Assembly: GCA_016927185.1 (NCBI GenBank)
Contig: JAFGND010000044.1
Location: forward strand, 1-64,000
DNA length: 64,000 nt
Source of the DNA: Candidatus Coatesbacteria bacterium
GTDB lineage: Bacteria > JAFGND01
Direction of reading: 5' to 3'
Shown: positions 20,044-29,912 of the stretch, piece by piece
Position numbering within the stretch: position 1 is the stretch's first letter
Layout of the letters: every line of letters begins with the position of its first letter
Translations under genes and position numbers: made by a program
The notes under the pieces: model-generated
Database searches by the model: none
The model's input: only the letters and a program-made list of their open reading frames with translations
Told to the model about the DNA's origin: nothing

Positions 20044-21447
20044 ATGAAACTGCTCTTTTTGTTGTTTCTTGTACCTGTTTTACTATGGGGAAATGATCCT
20101 GTACCGATGTTCCTTTATAATCCATCTCATAATTCAAGAACTTCCATAGAACTTTACAAGGAAATCGAAGAAGTTAATAGACCAATCAATGTAGACAGCG
20201 ATGTTGATTATGTTTCTGTTGCAGATAACGGAATTCTTTATTTTCTTTCCAGATCTAAAATGTACTGCGCAAACAGAAGAGCTGAAATTCTGTGGTCTAA
20301 AAGCATAGGTAATTATGGGATAAACAATAATCCTTTAATATTGGAAAACGGGAATGTAGTTTTTGCGACATGGGGTGATATCTTCTGTTTTACAAATAAT
20401 GGTGATAGTGTATGGAGGTTCTCATATGCTGGGGAATGTCATAGTGGAATAACCTTGAACTTGAATAACAGATTAGTTTTTGGAGCTGCAATGGGATCTT
20501 CTCCAAGATATTTATATTGCCTGAATGCATCAACTGGTCAGGAGATCTGGAAATATCTTGCTTCAAACGAGATTTTAAGTACACCTGCAACAGATGAAGT
20601 TGGTAATATTATTTTTGGAACACTTGATGGATATACATACAAACTCACTCCACAAGGAACTTTGTCATGGAGAGTAAATATTGGAGGATTACTCTGGAGT
20701 TCTCCCCTGATTGAAGTTGGAACTGGTAATATTTATGAAGGATCGGATTCTGGTCGAATGACTGCCTTGGATAAAGATGGGAATATAAGATGGAGATATA
20801 GTACTGGTGATTTGGTGAGAGCTCACCCTAATTTTAATTTCGATAAAACTGGAGTAATTTTTGGTTCCAGAGATGGCTATTTCAGATGCGTTGACAAGGA
20901 TACCGGAGAACTTAAATGGTCTTATTATACCGGAGGATTGATAGAAGGGGGTAGTGTTATTGAAGCAAATGGTGATATCTTCTTCACAGATTTCAATGGC
21001 TATCTTCACAGACTGGATAAAGATGGGAATAAGAAGAGTTCATATAAAATAAGTTCAACAGTTTCTATAACTGTACCAGCAGTTGATTCTAATCAATATA
21101 TGTATCTCGGTGCAAGAAGTGGTACATTAATTATATTCCGCTTCTACGATCCTACTGATATTAGCTCTTATAAAATATCTGTACCTGAATATAAAACAAC
21201 AAGTATAACACCAAATCCTTTAAGAGACAAAGGAAGACTTAAATTCAATTCAAAAACCACAGGCAATGGTAATCTTTATTTCTATGATTTGAAAGGCAGA
21301 AAACGGGTAACAAACAGTTTCACAGTAAACAAAAAAGGTGATAACACAATCTTTTTCAAAACCAAATTGACCGAAGGTATTTATTTCTGGGAAGCAACTG
21401 TTAACAATGAAAAAATAGGAAGTGGAAAAATAACAGTGATTTATTAA
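20044..21447 (+). CDS. PQQ-like beta-propeller protein with T9SS-type C-terminal tail
   Basis: Repeated W.Y..G...SSP units. Tail PNP...YDLKGRK...GIYF...KITV. Confidence 0.85.
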   Translation: MKLLFLLFLVPVLLWGNDPVPMFLYNPSHNSRTSIELYKEIEEVNRPINVDSDVDYVSVADNGILYFLSRSKMYCANRRAEILWSKSIGNYGINNNPLILENGNVVFATWGDIFCFTNNGDSVWRFSYAGECHSGITLNLNNRLVFGAAMGSSPRYLYCLNASTGQEIWKYLASNEILSTPATDEVGNIIFGTLDGYTYKLTPQGTLSWRVNIGGLLWSSPLIEVGTGNIYEGSDSGRMTALDKDGNIRWRYSTGDLVRAHPNFNFDKTGVIFGSRDGYFRCVDKDTGELKWSYYTGGLIEGGSVIEANGDIFFTDFNGYLHRLDKDGNKKSSYKISSTVSITVPAVDSNQYMYLGARSGTLIIFRFYDPTDISSYKISVPEYKTTSITPNPLRDKGRLKFNSKTTGNGNLYFYDLKGRKRVTNSFTVNKKGDNTIFFKTKLTEGIYFWEATVNNEKIGSGKITVIY

Positions 21448-21473
21448 TTATTCAGGAAGCATGCAAATGCTTC

Positions 21474-22325
21474 CTATCTCTTCCTCTTGACAATCCTGAA
21501 TCCGACGTTATCATGACCGAATCTGGGATCAGAAGCATTCCTGACTGAGACCTTGAGATATTTTACCTTACTCTGCCAGCTTCCGCCTCGAAGCACATTG
21601 CTTTCAGTCTTTTCGCTGTTGCACGGAAAGCTGTCTGGACTTTCACTATAATAATCCGGCTTATAGTAATCCTTGCACCATTCCCAGACAGTTCCTGTTA
21701 CATCATATAGTCCATAACCATTTGGAGGAAAAGTTCCTGCAGATTTCAATGTTTCATTCCTGTTCCATGTTTTCTCGAATAATGCTTTCTCTGATGAGGG
21801 TGGATCATTTCCCCATGAATAAGTATTCTGTTCCAGTCCTCCCCTTGCAGCTTTTTCCCATTCAGCCTCAGTTGGCAAGTCTCCACCAGCCCACTTTGCA
21901 TATTTGACTGCATCATACCAGCTGACATTGATTACAGGCTGATTAAGAATTTCTTCAAGGCAGTTTCTCCCTTCCCAGAGATTGAACTGGCTGTTTTTTC
22001 CCTCAATATTCACAGGTCCTGCATGACCGGTTTCTGTGATAAATTTCAAATACTGCCTGTTTGATACAGGTTTTGTGTAGATGTGGAATTCATCAAGATA
22101 TACTTTATGAACAGGTTTTTCATCAATATTGCCATCTTCTGATCCCATGAAAAAAGTGCCAGGTGGTATCAATACCATTTCTGCGCCATCCTTTTCATTT
22201 CTCATAATTTCCTGCTTGTATGAACCGACATATCTTGGCTCTTTCTTGCATGAAATAGATGACAAAAGAAAAACGAGTAAGAGTGAGAAAGGAATTATTT
22301 GCGGAAAGGTCAATCCAGAAATCAT
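21474..22325 (-). CDS. FGE-sulfatase (SUMF1/EgtB/PvdO) domain lipoprotein
   Basis: FFMGS, P.H.V, LPTEAEWEKAARGG, NGYGLYD..G.VWEW, RGGSW, GFR. Confidence 0.92.
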   Translation of the reverse strand: MISGLTFPQIIPFSLLLVFLLSSISCKKEPRYVGSYKQEIMRNEKDGAEMVLIPPGTFFMGSEDGNIDEKPVHKVYLDEFHIYTKPVSNRQYLKFITETGHAGPVNIEGKNSQFNLWEGRNCLEEILNQPVINVSWYDAVKYAKWAGGDLPTEAEWEKAARGGLEQNTYSWGNDPPSSEKALFEKTWNRNETLKSAGTFPPNGYGLYDVTGTVWEWCKDYYKPDYYSESPDSFPCNSEKTESNVLRGGSWQSKVKYLKVSVRNASDPRFGHDNVGFRIVKRKR

Positions 22326-22353
22326 TGCTTAATAAGGTCTTTTTTAGCTGCTT

Positions 22354-22782
22354 TCAAATGCCAACCTTGAACTGGATTGCTATTCTTCCTTTCTGGGGGA
22401 AGCTCTTGAATTCGTATGTTTCAACAAGCTTCTTCACCTTTTCTAAGAATTTCTGGTCAACATATGACTGTATTATTATTTCTTCAGGCTTGCCTGTATC
22501 ATTAAGATAGAATTTTATCAATACGTATCTTATATCTTCGGAATCTTCAAGATTGTCCAGCGCGAGTTTCTTGACTTCATCAGATATCTTGATGCATTCC
22601 TTTTTAATTCCTTCCTTGAGCTCAGCTGGATAATCTTCTTCAGAATTCGGAAAGAAATTCATTTCATCCTTTGCAGTTTTGCTGTGACCGAATTCATCTG
22701 ATGCATCTTCACTCAATAGTGATACCGAGAATGATAGAATGAAAATGAAAATTACTCCAAGTATGATTATTGTTGAACGCAT
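22354..22782 (-). CDS. Exported hypothetical protein, possibly TonB C-terminal-like
   Basis: N-terminal hydrophobic segment, V.IKF.LN.TGK...I.I pattern. Confidence 0.45.
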   Translation of the reverse strand: MRSTIIILGVIFIFILSFSVSLLSEDASDEFGHSKTAKDEMNFFPNSEEDYPAELKEGIKKECIKISDEVKKLALDNLEDSEDIRYVLIKFYLNDTGKPEEIIIQSYVDQKFLEKVKKLVETYEFKSFPQKGRIAIQFKVGI

Positions 22783-22827
22783 ATTTTCTCCTTGAAAATT
22801 CCCCTGCTACCTGTTTTTTTAAATATA

Positions 22828-24228
22828 TTATTTAGTCAAGAAAAGTATTGTTTCTTCATAAGGATTATCTCCTTGTTCAGTTCTTTTCGTCACTGCTCTG
22901 TGAAATTCCCTCTCAATCCTCAAGTTGCTTCTTTTGGCTATCTCCTGATAGAGCCTATAGCGATCATTTGCAACTATGAATATTTTAGAATCTTCCTTAA
23001 GGTATTTCCTCAAGTTTATCAAGGATTCTGAAATATTTCGTATATAATCTTCCTGAGCCGACTTTGATTTACCTTTCTTTTTCTGACCTATTTCAAGTGA
23101 ATCATTCCTCTTCAGTCCGAATAATTCATAAGCATAAATATGCTGCTCGTGATAATCTATCTGCCCTACATAAGGAGGAGAAGTAAAAATCCCATCTATC
23201 TTTCTTCCATGAAGATACATTTCAAGATCAACCTGTCTTGAATCATCTTGTATTATTGTTATTTCCTTGTCAGTTCTCAATCTGTCAAATTCCCTTATCC
23301 TTCTTATTGTATCAATACTGTATGTATGGATCTTTACAAGACATTCCTCAATTGGTTTGCACATCCTGTTATGCTTTCTGCACCAGTATTCCTTTCCTGG
23401 AGGAAGCGGAGACTTTGGAGTTGCAAGATCATAATGAGGAATTAATCTTGAAGATCTTATGGATCTGCTTAAAAGCACTTTCAATAAATCCCTGAAATGA
23501 TATTCTCTGATAAGTCTCTTGTAATAAAGCATCTCCAGCAAAGTCCTTCTTGCAAACCATTTCCTTAGATATTCACTATTGCACTCATTCAACAGGCTTT
23601 TCTCAAGATCTCTCATTTTTTCTTCAGGAAACAAACTCAGATCAACATCTTCAGATCTTGTCAGATATTTACTGAATTTCGTAATCCTGCTTTCTATATC
23701 ATTTATCTCTTTTGTAACCTTTTCTATATCATATTTCTGTGTCTTTACTCTTGATATAAGACAGTTAAATTCCGAAATATCTATGCCTATCGAGTTAATT
23801 CCCAGTTCATTGGATTGCACTAAAGTCGTTCCTGAACCCATGAATGGATCAAGGATCAAATCATTTTCCCTGAAAAAACTTTTCAGGAACCATTCAACAA
23901 GCTGGGGAATGAATTTCCCGAGATATGGATGAAGTCTGTGTACATGTTTTGTTCTTTCTGTTTCAGAGATGTCATGAAAACCAAGCCCAATATCAAGTCC
24001 TGAATGATGGTGCTTTTCAAGTCCTTTCTTGACAAGATCAAGAAAAGACTCCAGTTCAGCAATTGATACCCTCAGTTCTCCATTTCTTGCCTTTTGTATC
24101 TTTTTTCCGTTTGTATCGTATTTTGAAATTCTTCCTCTCTGAATGTAATCCCTGATATTGTGAGGTTTTTTCCCTACAATCCTGGCTGCTTCTTCCAGAG
24201 AAACAAGTCTCAATTCACTATTTTTCAT
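22828..24228 (-). CDS. DNA methyltransferase (N4-C/N6-A type) with N-terminal HTH
   Basis: HPY.GKF.PQL, DPFMGSGTT (motif I), FTSPPY (motif IV). N-terminal SLEEAARIVG excisionase-like HTH. Confidence 0.9.
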   Translation of the reverse strand: MKNSELRLVSLEEAARIVGKKPHNIRDYIQRGRISKYDTNGKKIQKARNGELRVSIAELESFLDLVKKGLEKHHHSGLDIGLGFHDISETERTKHVHRLHPYLGKFIPQLVEWFLKSFFRENDLILDPFMGSGTTLVQSNELGINSIGIDISEFNCLISRVKTQKYDIEKVTKEINDIESRITKFSKYLTRSEDVDLSLFPEEKMRDLEKSLLNECNSEYLRKWFARRTLLEMLYYKRLIREYHFRDLLKVLLSRSIRSSRLIPHYDLATPKSPLPPGKEYWCRKHNRMCKPIEECLVKIHTYSIDTIRRIREFDRLRTDKEITIIQDDSRQVDLEMYLHGRKIDGIFTSPPYVGQIDYHEQHIYAYELFGLKRNDSLEIGQKKKGKSKSAQEDYIRNISESLINLRKYLKEDSKIFIVANDRYRLYQEIAKRSNLRIEREFHRAVTKRTEQGDNPYEETILFLTK

Positions 24229-24231
24229 TTA

Positions 24232-25695
24232 TTAATATGACCTTGCAAAAACAGGCATATGTTTTGCCTTATTTTTGCATACTATGCAGTTCTGATTACT
24301 TTCAACAGGAATTCCATTGAAAGGGATAACCCTTGTTATTGCCTTGGTTTCATCCTTAATCTTTGCCTCACAGACAGAATCTCCACACCATGGTGCATAA
24401 ATAAATCCACGTTCTTCCTCAATGATTTTTTTGAATTCCTCATAATCGCAGGTAATCCTTGTATGCTCCTCCCTGTACTTCAATGCCTTGTCATATAATG
24501 CCTTCTGGGCTTCATCAAGTTTTGCCTTTATTGCATCAACTATTCCACTTATGGGAATGCTTGATTTCTCCCTGTCAAGCCTTCTTACGCATACAACCTG
24601 TTGTTTATCATAATCCTTTGGACCGAATTCTATCCTTAAGGGAACTCCCTTTAACTCCCATTCATTGAATTTCCAGCCTGGCCTGTATTCATCCCTGTCA
24701 TCAATCTGAACTGAAACACCAGCTTTCTTAAGTTCATTCGTGATTTCTCTAGCCTTTGCTAACAGTTTTTCACCTGAATCATTCTTGCCAAAGGTAATAG
24801 GAACGATTACTACCTGAACAGGAGCAAGTTTCGGAGGAAGTATCAAGCCATTGTCATCTCCATGAACCATTATTATGCCTCCAATAAGCCTTGTAGATAC
24901 TCCCCATGATGTCTGCCATACATATTTTCTTTGCTGGTCTTCATCCAGAAACATTATATTGAAAGCTTTTGCGAAATTCTGCCCGAGATTGTGGCTTGTA
25001 CCTGCCTGAATAGCCTTTCCATCACCTGCCAGAGCTTCAATTCCATATGTTGCAAGTGCACCTGCGAATTTCTCTGAATCTGTCTTCTGACCGTATATCA
25101 CAGGAATAGCCATGACGTTCTCTGCAAATTCCCTGTATACATCAAGCATTTTCAAAGTCTCTTCCTGTGCTTCTTCATAAGTCCTGTGACATGTATGCCC
25201 TTCCTGCCACAAGAACTCAGTTGTTCGCAGAAACAATCTTGTAACCTTTTCCCATCTGATGACATTTGCCCATTGATTAATAAGTACAGGCAAGTCTCTG
25301 TAGGTTTGTATCCATTTGGAATACATCTCTCCAATAATGGCTTCAGATGTAGGTCTCAAGGCAAGTCTTTCCTCAAGAACATCATTTCCTCCCTGAGTTA
25401 CCCAGGCAACTTCAGGAGCAAATCCTTCAACATGCTCAGCTTCCCTGGTCAGGAAACTTTCAGGAACGAATATCGGAAAATATGCATTAACATGATTTGT
25501 TGCCTTGAAACGCTCGTCAAGCTGGCTCTGGAGTTTTTCCCATATGCCGAATCCGTATGGCATTATCACCTGACAGCCTCTTATTGGAGCGTAATCTGCA
25601 AGCTTAGCTTGTTTGATTACGTCAACATACCATCTGGAAAAATCCTCACTCTTCTTTGTAATATTTCTTACTTCCTGCATATTGTTATCCGACAT
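24232..25695 (-). CDS. proS: Proline--tRNA ligase, archaeal/eukaryotic type
   Basis: EAEHVEGFAPE, LRPTSE, QWANVIRWE, FLWQEGHT, SWGVSTR, FARSY end. Confidence 0.98.
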   Translation of the reverse strand: MSDNNMQEVRNITKKSEDFSRWYVDVIKQAKLADYAPIRGCQVIMPYGFGIWEKLQSQLDERFKATNHVNAYFPIFVPESFLTREAEHVEGFAPEVAWVTQGGNDVLEERLALRPTSEAIIGEMYSKWIQTYRDLPVLINQWANVIRWEKVTRLFLRTTEFLWQEGHTCHRTYEEAQEETLKMLDVYREFAENVMAIPVIYGQKTDSEKFAGALATYGIEALAGDGKAIQAGTSHNLGQNFAKAFNIMFLDEDQQRKYVWQTSWGVSTRLIGGIIMVHGDDNGLILPPKLAPVQVVIVPITFGKNDSGEKLLAKAREITNELKKAGVSVQIDDRDEYRPGWKFNEWELKGVPLRIEFGPKDYDKQQVVCVRRLDREKSSIPISGIVDAIKAKLDEAQKALYDKALKYREEHTRITCDYEEFKKIIEEERGFIYAPWCGDSVCEAKIKDETKAITRVIPFNGIPVESNQNCIVCKNKAKHMPVFARSY

Positions 25696-28600
25696 TGCTT
25701 TTCCTTTCTTTCCTGTTATGTTCCATGTACTGTTTTGCCTGATATATGAATGTTTCAAGCCTTGTCACTGCTGAAGCATCCTTGCTTCCATCAAATGCCA
25801 GGTTCAACCATGGTATATTATTGTTATCTTCCCTTACCTTTTTAGAGAGAGATGAAACTATTGTTCCAGGCAAACAACTGAATGGCATTACATTGATTAT
25901 GCCGTGAAGTCCCTCATCAATATAATCTATTGCCTTGCCTACGCTTAGAATTGCCTCTCCCCCCACGCTGTTTTTAAGGTATGGATAGCATTTCTCTAAA
26001 ATTATCTCAGTGTGGGTTTCACCAAGAGGAATTCCAAGTTTCTCGAAGGGCTTCAGAACCTTGTTATGATAGTATTTCTGTATAAGATCCTTTGTGGAAC
26101 CAACGAAATAATTCTTCCAGTCTTTCATCTTCTTGGAATTCACCTTGTACTCATAATTGGTGAAGAATACCCACTCCATAAGCGGTGTTACGATAGATAC
26201 TCCTCCAAAATCCTCTATCCTTCTTGCAATGTAATCATTTGAAAAAGCATTATTCCTTACATATATTTCTCCCACAACACCTATTACAGGTTTCTCCTTC
26301 AAATCAGTCTTTATTCTTGAAAACTTTTCAAAGATTTCCTCCAGGACTTTCTTTATATTCCTCTTCTCCTCAATAGCTTTTTCAACAGTTTTCAAGGCTT
26401 CATTGTAAACTGCATCACTTTCACCCTTGTTCACTTCATAAGGTCTTATTGAACGAAGTATCTTGAGCAGTATATCAACTGTAACCAAACCTGTCCAGCT
26501 AAGTATCTGGAATCTTGCTCCAAGATTGGCAAATTCTGTATAACTATCCTTGCTTGAAGGAGAAATTATCGGTACATCTTCATATCCGGCATCATTGAGA
26601 ACCATTCTCTGAAGTTTATAGTATTGCCCAAATCTGCAGGGGCCATCAGAAGTCATCATCAAGAAGGCATTCTTCTTGCTGTTGAATTCCGGATTCCTGA
26701 GTATTTTCAGCATATCACCTGTTGTCAAAATTGCAGGAAAGCATTCCCTGCCTGATGTGTATCTTCTTCCAATCTCTATGGATTCTTCGTCAGGTTTTGG
26801 CATTACATATGCTTCAATATCAAATGAACGTAATGCGGCTGCAATAAGTACTGCATGATCACACATATATGGAACCCAGATAGTCCTTCCTTCCTTTCTC
26901 GGATAAGTCTTTATCTCCTTGATGGTATAAGGCTGATTATCAACCTTCTTGAGATTCTCTATGCTATCCAGGAAAGCCTCGCATCTTGTAATTGCACCTG
27001 CATCAGCTGAATGCTCATCTATTTCAAGTTGTAGATAAGGCTTGTTATGCATCACCCTGTTGAAGAAATGTGTTATGAAGCTGTCGGGTCCGCATCCAAA
27101 ATTCGTTATATAGAGAGCGAACAATCTTTTATCCTTCTTTATGTAATGACTTGCTGCAAGTATTCTCTGTCCGTATCTCCAGAACATGTTCTTCCAGTAT
27201 GGCGAGATATCAACCTCTGACAAAGGCAAAAAATCTATTGGAATTGGAAGCATTTTCAGGTTTCTCAGTTTCTCAGGGATATTTAGATTCAGTCCCTCAT
27301 CACAGCCGTTATAAGGTCTGCTTACTACTACAATAGCTTTTTCATCCTTTCCAAGACCTGCAAGAACCTCCGTTCCTCTTGCAATCAATAAGCTCCTGAA
27401 AGCTTTCTGCTTCCTGCCTGCCTTTTCCATTGCTTTTTTTATCTGATTCTTTTTGATCTTGAATGGTTCAAGGCAAGTTTCAAGCTCTTTAATGAATTGT
27501 TTCTCGGACTTAATGAAACTCAAGACAGGTGTCAAAATAGGGATATTCTTAATTCTGTCACTTAATGCAGATTTTATAAGGTAAGGACATGCTTGTACAT
27601 ATGGACAGGCAGAACCCTCTTTCATTTTATGCTCGGATTCCACCTCAGTTATGCTTGGAAGAAATATCGCATCAATTTGCTTTCCTAGCAGATTCAAGAC
27701 ATGCCCGTGCGCAACTTTTACAGGGAAACATGTCTCGGCAACTGCACTTTCAACTCCGTTTCTTATTATCTCCTTTGTTGTCTTGTCACTTAAAACTATT
27801 TTAAAATCAAGTTCTTCAAAAAACTTCTGCCAGTATGGAAACTGCTCATGGAAAAGAAGCATCCTTGGAATTCCTATAACTGGTCCGCTTGCATTATGAT
27901 TCTTGAGACCTTCAAGAAGCCATTTTTCCCTTTCAGCGAAAAGATCAGGTAAGTCATTTTGCATCTTTGCCTTGTTTACTTCAAATTTCTCGCATCTTGA
28001 ACCATAAAAGAGAGGCTTCTCTCCTTCCAGTTTAACCCTGCTTATTGTACAGTTATTTGAACACTCAGTACATTCAAATGAATCAAGAGTATATTTCCTG
28101 GTTCCCAGATCAAAACCCTTGAACCTTGTTTGTCTCTTATTCTTGAGCATATCCCTGTGTGCAAGTATTGCTGCCCCAATTGCACCAGTCACGTCATGAT
28201 GAGGCGGAACAATTATTTCCTTGCCGGTGACATTCCTGAATGCCGCTAAAACTCCCTTATTGAATGCAGTTCCTCCCTGAAAGAATATCTTGTTCCCGAT
28301 TTTCCTGTCACCAACTACTTTGTTCAAATAATTATTTACTATAGAGTATGAAAGACCTGATGCAAGATTATCCGTTTGTGCTCCAAGATGAAGGTAATGC
28401 CTGAGACTTGTTTCTATGAAAACAGTGCATCTGTCTCCCATGTTGATTGGGTTTTGCGATGAAAGAGCAAGTTCAGAGAACTCCTTCTTTATATTTATTC
28501 CAAGTCTTTCAGCCTGTTCTTCAAGAAAAGAACCTGTCCCGGCAGCACAAACCTTGTTCATCTCGAAATCAATTACAACCCCGTTATCTATGGAAATGTA

Positions 28601-29902
28601 CTTGCTGTCCTGACCACCAATCTCGAAAATGGTATCCACCGTGTTGTCTATTTCTATAGCTGCGACTGCCTGTGCAGTTATTTCATTCCTTACAACATCT
28701 CCACCAACAAAATCGTATGTAAGATATCTGCCACTTCCTGTTGTTCCTACTCCAGCCACTTTCACTAAATTCCCTACTTCTTCGTAAATTTCAGATAAAC
28801 CTCTCTGCACCGCTTCAATAGGTCTACTAGCAGTCATAAGGTATCTCTTGGAGACAATCCTGTGCTTCTCATCTATCAGCACAAGATTTGTGGAGATCGA
28901 GCCTACATCTATTCCGAGATAAACAGGCAAAGGTTCCCTGCTGTTCTTGTCAGGAGGAAAAATTGGCATTTCACTTTCAGAAAGTTCTTTGGGAAGCTCC
29001 AGTTTTTCCAGATCACTGCTTATCTCCTCTATTCTTTCATCTTTATTGAGGAAAGCAAGGACTTTATCTTTATTGAATACAGGCTTTTTTTCCTGTTCCA
29101 TCAATGAGAAAACTGCTCCTATTGCTCCCATTGTTGCAAAATACGGTGAAATGAAAAGATCATCTTTTTTCAAATCAAGAACCTTTTCGAAAGCCCTAAC
29201 CATACCTACATTGGCTGCAACTCCTCCCTGAAATGCTATTGTCTGCTTGAATTCCTTGCCCTTGCCTATTGTGCTTTTGAAATTCCTTGCAACTGCCTGG
29301 CATAAACCTGCAACTATTTCATAATCAGGTGTTGCTATCTGCTGCAAATGAATCATATCAGATTTGGCGAAAACACTGCATCTACCTGCAATCCTTGGTG
29401 GATGCTTGCTCTTGAGTGCCAGTTCGCTGAATACTTCTATAGAAAGGTTAAGTCTGGAAGCCTGTTGATCAAGAAACGAACCTGTTCCTGCTGCACAAAG
29501 CGTATTCATAGAAAAATCTGCAAGTATTGTTTCAGACTTTCCCTTACCTCTTGCAGTATCTTCTGAAAGAATAAGAAGCTTGGCACTTTCTCCACCTATT
29601 TCTATTACAGTTTTCACGAATGGATGCAGAATGGAGGTTGCCTTTGCCTGAGCAATCACTTCATTTACCGGATATGCACTTATTTCATTCACCACAATCT
29701 GTCCACCACTTCCGGTAATAGCTATTCCAATAAGGTTTCCAAACTGTTTTTCATGAAGGATTTCTTTCAAGAGCTCTTTCAGTTTCAAGAAAGGTTGTCC
29801 CTTGTGTCTGTGATATTCATGTTTGAGAACTTTCCTGTCTTCATTTATTAATGCTATATCAATGCTTGTTGAACCAATATCAATTCCAAGGTAATAATTC
29901 AT
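25685..29902 (-). CDS. Fused acyl-CoA dehydratase activase (2x BcrAD/BadFG) plus reductase domains, PlsA/Ger-like
   Basis: Two GID.GS...EIGG...MN..CAAGTGSFL..QA..RC.VF domains, then TCFPVKVAHGH, FGCGPD, DEHS, ECFP, GPCRFGQY, PFSCLPG. Start ATG 29902. Confidence 0.9.
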   Translation of the reverse strand: MNYYLGIDIGSTSIDIALINEDRKVLKHEYHRHKGQPFLKLKELLKEILHEKQFGNLIGIAITGSGGQIVVNEISAYPVNEVIAQAKATSILHPFVKTVIEIGGESAKLLILSEDTARGKGKSETILADFSMNTLCAAGTGSFLDQQASRLNLSIEVFSELALKSKHPPRIAGRCSVFAKSDMIHLQQIATPDYEIVAGLCQAVARNFKSTIGKGKEFKQTIAFQGGVAANVGMVRAFEKVLDLKKDDLFISPYFATMGAIGAVFSLMEQEKKPVFNKDKVLAFLNKDERIEEISSDLEKLELPKELSESEMPIFPPDKNSREPLPVYLGIDVGSISTNLVLIDEKHRIVSKRYLMTASRPIEAVQRGLSEIYEEVGNLVKVAGVGTTGSGRYLTYDFVGGDVVRNEITAQAVAAIEIDNTVDTIFEIGGQDSKYISIDNGVVIDFEMNKVCAAGTGSFLEEQAERLGINIKKEFSELALSSQNPINMGDRCTVFIETSLRHYLHLGAQTDNLASGLSYSIVNNYLNKVVGDRKIGNKIFFQGGTAFNKGVLAAFRNVTGKEIIVPPHHDVTGAIGAAILAHRDMLKNKRQTRFKGFDLGTRKYTLDSFECTECSNNCTISRVKLEGEKPLFYGSRCEKFEVNKAKMQNDLPDLFAEREKWLLEGLKNHNASGPVIGIPRMLLFHEQFPYWQKFFEELDFKIVLSDKTTKEIIRNGVESAVAETCFPVKVAHGHVLNLLGKQIDAIFLPSITEVESEHKMKEGSACPYVQACPYLIKSALSDRIKNIPILTPVLSFIKSEKQFIKELETCLEPFKIKKNQIKKAMEKAGRKQKAFRSLLIARGTEVLAGLGKDEKAIVVVSRPYNGCDEGLNLNIPEKLRNLKMLPIPIDFLPLSEVDISPYWKNMFWRYGQRILAASHYIKKDKRLFALYITNFGCGPDSFITHFFNRVMHNKPYLQLEIDEHSADAGAITRCEAFLDSIENLKKVDNQPYTIKEIKTYPRKEGRTIWVPYMCDHAVLIAAALRSFDIEAYVMPKPDEESIEIGRRYTSGRECFPAILTTGDMLKILRNPEFNSKKNAFLMMTSDGPCRFGQYYKLQRMVLNDAGYEDVPIISPSSKDSYTEFANLGARFQILSWTGLVTVDILLKILRSIRPYEVNKGESDAVYNEALKTVEKAIEEKRNIKKVLEEIFEKFSRIKTDLKEKPVIGVVGEIYVRNNAFSNDYIARRIEDFGGVSIVTPLMEWVFFTNYEYKVNSKKMKDWKNYFVGSTKDLIQKYYHNKVLKPFEKLGIPLGETHTEIILEKCYPYLKNSVGGEAILSVGKAIDYIDEGLHGIINVMPFSCLPGTIVSSLSKKVREDNNNIPWLNLAFDGSKDASAVTRLETFIYQAKQYMEHNRKERKSNVG

Positions 29903-29912
29903 AAATTCACCT

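Noticed and set aside
21474-22325. FGE-sulfatase protein as a true formylglycine-generating enzyme or DGR target
   Set aside because: Lacks the catalytic Cys pair near RGGSW. No sulfatase or template repeat seen
17844-24228. Possible tRNA-anchored genomic island ending at the DNA methyltransferase
   Set aside because: No integrase, and I saw no duplicated tRNA 3' end (att site)
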